DNA of 64,000 nucleotides from an uncultured bacterium (GTDB lineage Bacteria; Patescibacteriota; Gracilibacteria; Absconditabacterales; Absconditicoccaceae): NCBI GenBank assembly GCA_963517005.1, contig CAUQDZ010000002.1, positions 12,198 to 76,197 of the forward strand, read 5' to 3'. Shown piece by piece: positions 55,235 to 64,000 of this stretch (position 1 is its first letter; each line of letters starts with the position of its first letter). The notes under the pieces were generated by a model. It saw only the letters and a program-made list of their open reading frames with translations, ran no database searches and was not told where the DNA came from. The position numbers and the translations under genes were made by a program.

Positions 55235-56815
55235 TTAGTCTCCTATATAATCCTGCCATTTTGCAGCTTTCCCTTGGACTTGAAAATATTCGTGTTCAAG
55301 CCATTCTTGCATAAATACTTCATTAGCACAAAGTTTTTGGATTGCGTCATTTGTTTTGAGAAAGTCGACCAAAGTCTGATTTTGATCTATTTTTTCTGTA
55401 TTAAAAAGGTCAATATTTGCTGTTTCTTCGAGCTTTTTGTTGAGAAAATCAAGTCTCTTGTGGCAAATGTCAGTTTTTCTCTCACAGTGTTTAAGGAGAG
55501 AGCTGATGGTGTCTACCTTTTTAACAGGATCTTTTGCGTAAGCGAGTCTCTTGTATCCGATCCAAACAAGCGGATTGTCAAACTTCATATCATCGCCAAG
55601 TTGGTCGAGTTGCATTGCGAGTGATTCGATTTTGACTGCGGTTTCAGTATTTTGATTGTTTTGATATTCGGCTTCCAAAGAGCTCTTTTCTCCATACATT
55701 TGCATATAGTCAGCATATTGTTTGAGGAGGTGGTTGACTTTTTCAGCTACCTGAATTGGGGAAAAGATTACTTCTTGAGGGTGGTTGCTGTGTACTGTTT
55801 TTTCTGAACTTTGGGCTGTAGTTTGTATCATTTTAAGCTCTTGTTGGGATAAAGGTTGTGTGGTAATGATGTTGAGGTGAGGAGAAAGTTGACTTGGAGC
55901 TCAGATTTTGATCTGATGATCAGCATTTTGTACATAGTCAAAAGAAAAATTCTGACCTTCGATTGTGATCGTTCCTTTAGCACGGATGACTTCATTTCCT
56001 TTCCTTTTGATTAAGTTTTGTAATTCATCAATACCAAACTGCTCACTTACTTTGATGCTTTGGGTATGAAAATGAGCATGATGTTCATGTTTTTCTGTTG
56101 GTCTAGCTCCATAGCTCAATCTTGTAGCGTGAACCTGTTTTTTGAGAAGATCTGGGGTAAGATCAGATTTTTCTTCTTTTTTAAGGTCTTCTTTTTGTTC
56201 TTCGGATTTGAGTTCAAAGATAGGAGCTTGAGTATTGCTAGTTTTGATTTGTTGTTTAGCTTCTTCGTTGATGGCGTGATTTTCGCTCAGATGAGTAAGT
56301 CCGATGGTATCTGCGAGTTGTATCTGAGTTTTCGCAGTCTGCTTTTGAGCTTCATTCATGAGAGGAAGTGCTTCTGCATTGACCAAAGTGATCACATGAC
56401 TTCCCATGCCGAGTTCAGTTGCAATTCTTTTGATCTCTTGACCTGTAGCGATTCCTGATGGTTCAATCAGAATTTTCTTTTTTGAGTCCTTTAAACTTTC
56501 CAGAACTTCTTTAAGTGATCCGAGGTCGCTACAGCAGATGCAGCCTTGAGTCAATGCTGTTGGGTTGTATTTCGCTAGTCTCTCTGCATCAATGTTAAAA
56601 TTTCCAATATCGTTAACAATCACTTCAAATGCTTCTCCCTGTTTGCTGAGATATTCGGCAATATTTTGCAAAAGGGTTGTTTTTCCTGCACCAAGAGTTC
56701 AGAGCAAAAGCACAATCTCATTGCTGGTCTTTTTTGTTTGTGTGAAGTGTTTTGGATTCTGAGGTAAGACTCCAAAATTCCTGCTTATCAAAGATTGGTT
56801 TTCTAGTTTTGCCAT
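55235..56815 (-). CDS. CobW/COG0523-family G3E GTPase fused, by TGA read-through, to a ~220-aa C-terminal extension
   Basis: P-loop LLL-[TGA 56699-56701 = G]-TLGAGKTTLL, GCICCS, His-rich HEHHAHFH. TGA 55901-55903 is in frame with track ORF 55235..55831. Confidence 0.65.
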
Positions 56816-56817
56816 TG

Positions 56818-57612
56818 CTATTTCTTGTTAGTACATAAAAGGAGTGAATTTACAATATGATTATTGGGATGAATACTGATTTCCAGATTGAGATAGGTTT
56901 TTATGAGATCAAGATTAATGTTTTGATAGAGGAGTTGACGAAGTCATTCCACACTTCTGATAACTGCAAGTTGGAAGTTTAGTTGAGAACTAAGATGGCT
57001 TAGAATTTTTTTGTCAGTTTCCCCTCAGCAAAACAGGAGTGAGGCTAAAATGATTGCATCATAACAAAGATTACTCGAAAAATTCAAAAAATCTGAATGG
57101 ATGACCTCGATTTGCCTTTGGAGTCAGAGTTTTTCGATTATTTTTTGTGAAGTTTGGACAGCGATTTCGTCTCTCTCCACCAAAACACAATGCATATCAT
57201 ATTTTTGTGCTAAAATAATTGCAGTAAGTGGAAGTGGTCAACTTCCTACAAAAAGGAGCTTTTTGCAAGATTCTAGTTGCGAAACGATTGCATGGTATTC
57301 GAGTTTTGTGAGGTCAGTATAGTTGTTTCGATAAGGGAATTTTTCAAGTTCTTTTTTGATATCTTTACAGTTGAGAAGGCGATTTGCTCGATACTGTTCC
57401 ATTTGATATTCGGCTTGACTACAAATGCTGTGAAGCTCACTTAACTCTTGGCTATTGATAATTTGAGAGTTAAGTTCTCAATTGTTGATCACACTCATTT
57501 CATATAAATCAGAAAAAAACTGATTTACTTCTTCGTTTGGTTTATATGGAGCGAGTTTTTTTGCTTGATCAAGAATGAGTTGTAGTTGTTTTAGAGAATT
57601 GGGAATTAGCAT
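56818..57612 (-). CDS. nicotianamine-synthase-like (NAS family) SAM-dependent transferase
   Basis: Not in the track because it contains 5 TGAs. 265 codons counted. ...FPYRNNYTDLTKLEY... and KKLLFVGS-G-PLPLTAIILA resemble the NAS-family F.YY.NY..L..LE and GSGPLPLT motifs. Confidence 0.6.
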
Positions 57613-57872
57613 TATTTTGATAATTTAGAGTTAAGAAGTATTCTGTCCACATCAGCAATGAGTTTGATGTTCTTTTTTCCATTTGATGAGACTTCTAGAG
57701 GAGATTTTGTGTTTTTGGATGATTTCTTTTGCTTTATGTCCTTGATGGCAGTATTCTTCAATGATTTGCTGTTTGAATTCGGGGCTATAAGTTCCTCTCT
57801 TGCCCTCAATTGTGAAACTAGAGTTACAATCTCAGCAAAAAAACCTCTGTGAATCATATCTTCCGTGGCCAT
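57612..57872 (-). CDS. hypothetical small protein (86 aa), first gene of the NAS-like operon
   Basis: Clean ORF whose TAA overlaps the NAS-like ATG (TAATG). Lys/Ser-rich C-terminal half. Confidence 0.45.
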   Translation of the reverse strand: MATEDMIHRGFFAEIVTLVSQLRAREELIAPNSNSKSLKNTAIKDIKQKKSSKNTKSPLEVSSNGKKNIKLIADVDRILLNSKLSK

Positions 57873-58020
57873 TTTTTTTGGTATTTTCGCTTTTGCAGTT
57901 GATACAATTTTGCATCAGTTTCACTTACAAAATAAAAAAAAGATTTTTTTACTTGTGTTGCTTTTATATTGAATTAGAATAAAATGTCAAGTGAAAGATA
58001 GAGCTAGATTTCAATTTTTT

Positions 58021-58048
58021 TTGTTTTATTTTGATTTCAGGATATAAT
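58021..58048 (+). promoter_or_regulatory. candidate sigma70-type promoter upstream of the third giant gene
   Basis: TTGTTT, 16 nt, TATAAT. Confidence 0.3.
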
Positions 58049-58080
58049 AGAGGTAAATTTTATGATTGTACTATTGGAAG

Positions 58081-61000
58081 ATGTCTCTTGATAAACTAAA
58101 AAATGAGCTTTCTAGAGCTGAAAAGGGGAAACTCGACAAAATCACAGCGAAGCAAAAACAAGAGCTGATGGAAAATTTGACGGATGTTTTTTCTCATCTT
58201 TCCAAAGCAGAAAAGATTGCTCATATCCAGGAATTTCTTGATCTCAAGCAACATCTTGAGGCAGCTTTTGCACTGGAACAAAAATTTTCTTCTAGAAAAA
58301 CATCGAGTATTCAGAAGCAAATTAGGCTTGCAAACGATTATCAGAAAATGATAGAAAAGGAATTATGAGCTCCTCTTTCTCATTATCTTGAAAATCACAA
58401 AAAGAAAGAAAAAATAAATAAATCAGATTTTTGATCTCGTTTGACTCCAGAGAAGGCTCAAGAGCATTTTGGAGTAAAAGAAATTGATGGGAAAAAGATT
58501 ATTCTTGCAGAAGGTAATGATTTTATCGAAGATATGAAATACCTTGCTCATCTTGCAAAAACAACCAATCAAATTAAGAGAAATGATGCTCACCTAAAAT
58601 CTCCCATTGTACAATATCTTCTTGCAACTGCAAAAGATCCAAATGTTGTTTTGGATCAGTTTATGATTTTTCAAAAGCAAGTAAAGTCTTTTGATGCATT
58701 AAAGGGGCAGCATATTGCTCTTGATGTAAATACTGGTCAAATCGTAGCATATACTGAACAGGTTCTCTCTAATGATAAGGATTCAAAAGAGGATGAAAAT
58801 TTTTTACCAACAGTTTCAAAAGAGTTAAAAAATGCTGATTTAAAATCTGTTACTCTTTCAAATGAAAAGGATCCTATAAAGGACCCTATAGAAGATGCAG
58901 AATTTGAGGAAATTAAGGAAGATGGTGTAATAGTGGCTGAATCTAATTGAGAATTATGAGATAAGAAAAAGGATTTTCCAGTAGTGATTGCAGATTTTGA
59001 TGATGCAGATTATGGCGTTTCTTTTGCAAAATACTGTGAACAAAATAATATTAGGAGAAAGGATAGCAAGAAGATTCCTTGGAGATGAGGAATGAATCCA
59101 GGGGTAGAGTATGTCGATCAGGAGGGAAATTTGTTAACTTTACTTCCAGTTAAGTGAGGTGCAGATCAACATGATGATACCGGTGCATATGCTCAATATC
59201 AATTAGTTAAAATGACAAATCCAGAATCAGAAGATAAAAAACAAGATAAAATTATAAAGCAGGACCATTCAGATGAATATATTGATTATGAGGAAGTTGG
59301 AGATCAAGCGAAGGGGGAATGAGAAAAACAAGATCAAAAATCAGAATCCTCATTTGTTGATTCTTCGAAATTATGAGATGATCAAGAAACAATCTCAAAA
59401 GGTTTAGAATCAGAAGATAAACCAGAAAGCTCCTCTGTTCCTATGGTTATCCCTATACCTTCAGTGCCAGAGTGAAAAAAAGAGAAAAATTCAGATTTAG
59501 AACCAGAAAGTTCCATAGATAGAAAGGAAGAACAAGAACTGAGAGAAAAACATCTAGATTGAGAAAATCAAGCTTCTGAATATGTTTTTGATCTCTCGGC
59601 CGTATTATCAGATACGCAAAATATTCATCAAGAACAGGCTCGTCTTGCAGCAGAAGAAGCATTGAAAGCTAAATATGCTGACATCGGTAAGCGAAATCTT
59701 TTCAAAAAAGGTGCCTATTTTCTTCAAAGAGGCAGAAAGAGAAAAAAGTTTATCAAAGACTTTATGAAAAATGCTTCTCAAGATGCATTTGGTGATCAAG
59801 TGGAAAATGCTGCATCAAGACACTCAAGAGAACTTCAAAATGGTCTAAAAACTATTGATCAAAAGGCTGAACTGGTATCTATACCAGAATTGAATCTTTT
59901 GTCTAGGTGATTTATTGAGGGAAGTATTGATGAGGCAACATTTCAGACTCAATTCAATTCCCTTCTTGAGACGAATGCTCAGATCAAATCAGCACTTGAA
60001 CAGGTAAAGTATAAAGGAACTGATATTTTGCAGAATCTCAAACTCGAAAAAGAGCAATATAAGCTCGTAAATGAACTTGCACAAACGCTTGATACATGAG
60101 GAAATGTAGATCAGGTTGGTGCGAAAATTGAGGATTTTATCAAAAAATATCAACAAAATCCTGATTTTCTTCAGGCGATTACTTCAGATTTGGACAAAAA
60201 AGATCTTAATAAGCTTAAAAAATACTTTCATCACCAAAAAGCCGTGAGAAAGATAGCACTTGAAAATCTTCAAATCAAACTTAAAGTCCTCACAGGAGGA
60301 AAGTCAGCCTATCAAATCGATAATTCTGCAAATGAGAAAAATCGAGTTCATAAGTTTTGAAAAAAGCTTGATAAGATTCCTCGATATTTACAAGTTCCTG
60401 GATATGCAGGAGCAGGAGTATTACTTGGACTGGCTGGAGGACCGCTGGGATTAGGAGTTGTAGGAACTTCAATCTTGACGACGAGTACTTTTGCGGCAAC
60501 TTCAGGATTCACCAATTTTATCAAAAAACGAACTCATTATACCAAAGAGCATAATACGCATGAAAAAAATCTGACTCATGATTTTGATGCTGAGCAGACT
60601 AAAATTGCTCAATGGCAACGAGATTTGGAGAAAAAGTGAGCTAAAAATCGACGAACTCGCTATAAGGCCAAAAGACAGCTTGATCTTTACAATAATTCAA
60701 CTCAAAAGGATATTATCAAAACTGAAGATTTTACTAAGGATCTTTTGTGATTTTCGACATCATTAAGACCGCTTACATCATGAGATAGAGAGGCACTTAC
60801 TCATCTTTTGATGCAAGGAAAGGCAAGACTTGATGCATACTATGAGACGGGGCATAACTTTTTAGCTTCATCAAGTAAGGAAGTTGTAGAATCAGATATG
60901 CTTAGGCTTCATAAAGCGCTTCAACTCTGAGCAGAAAAGCTTGGTATTGCTTATGATGAAATTGATAATCAAAGCTTGATTTCAAAGGCTGAAGAATGAG

Positions 61001-63450
61001 AGGAGCAAGAAATTTCATATAATCATATCAAAGAACAATTACTTACTGATTATTCCTCAGCAAACAAACACTTTAAATCTCAAAGAAGACGACTTGCTAG
61101 CAAGTACGGTATAGGATCAGCTGCTCTCTCTGCAGGAACTGCTATTGGAATGCAGTATATGATGGGAACAGGAATGTTTTCGACAGAATCGGTTTCCCAT
61201 ACGGTTTCTTCAACTTCGAATGCATCCTCAAATGCTAATTTTAATCTATGATCTCATCAATTAGCAGAAGAAAATCAGATTCATTCTACGGTAGCAGATC
61301 AGTTTTCATCACTAGGAGACAAGGCAAACGTAGTAGCTCATTATGGTGCTGGAACAGATGCAACATTAGTTCGTGCGGGGTCTCAGGCACTTTGAGAGTC
61401 TGCTTATCAAGCGAAAGTAAATGCTGTTGCAGATCAGATTAAGCATCTTGCACTTTCTTCAGATCAAAAGGCAGCTTTCTTAAAAGAGTTGACAAATAGA
61501 CCGTGGGAGATGGATCGATCAAAAGCCTTTACCAATGATTATCTCCAAGGAGATAGATGTGCTGAGGGGCTTTTGCAGATGGCAAAAGGACTTGCTGATT
61601 CGGGAAATCAAACACTTATTCCAGATCTTGCTTATGATGCAGGAAGGAGCATCGCAGGAAATACACTACATAATTTAGGTGAGAGATCGTTCAATCTCGG
61701 ACTAGAAATTACTACACAAGCAGTACAAAATCAGCCAGGTAGTTGATCTACACGATTTGTGCCAATTGTTTCTTTCTTTAATACCTTCAAAAAAAATCCA
61801 AAATCTGAAGAAAAACAGGATAAAAATTCAGATTTAGATTCTACTATTCAATCAAAAGAACAAAATTCTGAAAAGCTTTCTCAGTATTCATCAGATTTGA
61901 AGCAATCGCATATTGCATGAGATCAAGATTGAGAAAAATTAGATAGTTCTACATCTACCTCAGCAAAAGTTGCAACAGGAGTAGCACTCGCTGGAGCAGC
62001 TGCAGTAGCTGTAGAAGCCCAAAGAAATCCTTCAAAAGCTCGTCAGTATCGAGAATCATTCAAGTCATGAGCTAAAAAATTTGGTGGAAAGATTAAAGAA
62101 TCTCGAAATAAAGCTGCTCTAAAGATTAGAGAAAAGAGGCCTACAATCAAAGAAAAGTCTAAAAAGGGACGAGAAAAGACTAAGGAAATTACTCATGATG
62201 GGGTCGAAAAAACAAAAGAAATTCGAAATTCAGCCTCAGAAAAAGTAAAAGAAAAATCTCCAGAGCGAAAGGAAAAAGCAAAACAGGGACGAGAAAAAAC
62301 AAAAGAAATTACAAAAAAATGAGCACAAAAAACAAAAGAAAAAATACAATCACTTAAAAATAGACTGTTTGATAAAGAAGGAAATGAGGGAGAAACGTCA
62401 GGTTTAGAGGATTTTGAAACATTAAAAAAGAGTGAAGCGGCGAAGTATTTTCTTGAGACTAAGGGGTGGATGAATCAGAGAGATGAAAACTGATATACAG
62501 TATTGGTAGAAAAAGAAGTTTTAAAACCTAAACAGAAAATTGATTATCACTGAAAAGTGGTTTATCTTACTGATAAAATTAATGATCATTATGTGATTGC
62601 TTATATAGAGCATAATGGGGTACTTGAGCCAAGAGTATTCCGTAGATCAAATTCAGGAGGAAATTGGCATGTAGTACCTGGTTATGATGGCTCAAGAGTT
62701 TCTAAAGGTGAATTTGTTAAGAATATCTCTTATGAAAAAGGAACTGTAGTACATCGTGATTTCAATCAAATTCTAGATGATATACTAGATCAAAATGAGA
62801 GAGTATCTTCTATGGAATTTGTGATGAAAGACGCTTATGGAAAAGATATTCCTCAATCTGCATATCAGGAGATTGGAAAACATTACGATGATATGCCAAA
62901 AGCAGCACAAGAGTTCTATGATGAAACTATCGTGTATGATGAGCTTATCCAAAATGAGTTTAATGTAAATAGTACCCGGAACAATGCTTTTGCAAACTAT
63001 CAAAATGTGGAACAAATAAAAACTTATTATGACAAGCTCAATTTGTCTAGGAAAATGGATTTTAGTGAGAGTCATATTATAGATAGTTATCATTCTGAGC
63101 ATAAATATCTTGGTAGTGTTGAAAATCAAGTGATGACAGCAAAAATAAAAAGTTCAAATCCTGACTTTGATGGACGTGAAGTGCAGATTACGATTTCTAC
63201 TGCACAAAAAGATGGACTTTCTTGGGTTGAAAATATGGTTTTTTCAGATGATTCAGGGACAAGTTTTCTAACTCAAAAAAATCCAATTTCTGCTGGACTT
63301 TTGACTACTAAACCTTTGGAATATGAAATTCAATTACCTCAATTTGTAAGAGAGGATCCTCTTTTAGAAGACTATATGCCTTATATTGATATTCGTCCTC
63401 TTATGCAAAATAATCCATTGATAAAAGAGTGGAAAAAAATACAATCTTAA
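58081..63450 (+). CDS. giant hypothetical protein (1789 aa): coiled-coil and acidic regions, Gly/Ala-rich hydrophobic segments, K/E-rich repeats
   Basis: Track ORFs 58066.., 58441.., 59662.., 61489.. and 62557.. share frame 1. I read every codon in all gaps and found only TGA, never TAA/TAG. Stop TAA 63448-63450. Start ATG 58081 (a TTG at 58066 is possible). Confidence 0.7.
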
Positions 63451-63502
63451 TGATCCTCATACGAAGGAATCAGCTTTTTACTCCTTTAAATCTCCAAAAA
63501 GA

Positions 63503-63838
63503 ATGAACGCAAACAACAATCAACATCTAGAAGAAGCTCATGAAGAAGATTTTCTCAATGATCTTTTACTTGAAGCTGGGTTTGATCCAGAAGAAGATGA
63601 CTTTGATCAACTTAAAGCAGAGTTAGAGCCAGTTTTGATGGATAGGATTATGACGAGTGTTTTTGATGCACTCACAGACCCTCAGAGAAAAGAAATTATG
63701 AAGCTTTTTGATGCAGGAAAAGAAGCCGAAGCATTAGAAAAAATTGAAAAACTAATTCCAGATTACGATAATTTTTTGGCGGAAGTTTTTGCAAATTTTC
63801 ACGATGAATATTTGGCTAATATGGAGCTTCCTGAATAA
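63503..63838 (+). CDS. small acidic hypothetical protein (111 aa)
   Basis: Clean ATG..TAA ORF, Asp/Glu-rich, no recognisable motif. Confidence 0.5.
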   Translation: MNANNNQHLEEAHEEDFLNDLLLEAGFDPEEDDFDQLKAELEPVLMDRIMTSVFDALTDPQRKEIMKLFDAGKEAEALEKIEKLIPDYDNFLAEVFANFHDEYLANMELPE

Positions 63839-63859
63839 TCATTTTTAATCTAAAAAAAT

Positions 63860-63910
63860 AAAAATCTGACTTTTGATCTTGATAGTAATCTACAAGGTAG
63901 TCAGATTTTT
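63860..63910 (+). terminator. long-loop hairpin formed by an inverted pair of the AAAATCTGAC motif
   Basis: aaaaatctgac (63860-63870) and gtcagattttt (63900-63910), an 11-bp perfect inverted repeat followed by a T-run. Confidence 0.5.
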
Positions 63911-64000
63911 TTAATTGTTTTTTATATTGCTGGATATTATTCTATTCCTATCCTTTAAATAAGTCATTTAGAGACTCAGAGATTGTCGGATGGGTAAAAA

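Noticed and set aside
58062-58094. 10-codon mini-ORF (MIVLLEDVSG) with a well-spaced AGAGG Shine-Dalgarno-like sequence just upstream of, and overlapping, the start of the third giant gene.
   Set aside because: It is too short to support as a gene. It could be a leader peptide or coincidence. It is noted only because the giant gene's own start (ATG 58081 or TTG 58066) lacks an equally good RBS.

Overview
This 64 kb window is low-GC and densely coded. It almost certainly comes from a Candidate Phyla Radiation bacterium of the Gracilibacteria/Absconditabacteria (BD1-5/SR1) type that reads UGA as glycine (translation table 25). In-frame TGA falls on universally conserved Gly positions in infA, rpmJ, rpoA, adk, nrdR, nrdD, pilB, mscL and a CobW-type P-loop, and every gene I could close ends in TAA or TAG. 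Most fragments in the supplied ORF track therefore fuse into longer genes, and I re-joined them by reading the junctions.

Contents, in order:
- A ribosomal/alpha-operon block: rplT, tRNA-Leu, rplU, infA, rpmJ, rpsM, rpsK, rpsD, rpoA, rplQ, rplM, rpsI, adk.
- Two adjacent giant genes of 1494 aa and 1750 aa. The second is a secreted adhesin-like protein built from DUF11-type repeats.
- A WecA/MraY-family transferase convergent with a lytic-transglycosylase-like gene.
- tRNA-Arg(CCU), rpsO and a short S1 protein.
- An anaerobic ribonucleotide reductase locus: an FNR-like reductase, an exonuclease-like protein, nrdR, nrdD, nrdG, mtnN.
- trmD, yraN and bcp.
- A long minus-strand envelope operon that includes a ValRS-like protein lacking the HIGH signature.
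- An MFS transporter.
- A duplicated, decaying accessory patch.
- pilB and pilC.
- ybaB, mscL and relA/spoT.
- A nicotianamine-synthase-like gene followed by a CobW-like gene.
- A third giant gene of 1789 aa.

I saw no rRNA, CRISPR array, transposase or integrase.

Limits: all homology calls rest on motifs recalled from memory, with no searches or computations run. Coordinates of re-joined genes were checked by frame arithmetic against the ORF track and by reading the joins for TAA/TAG.
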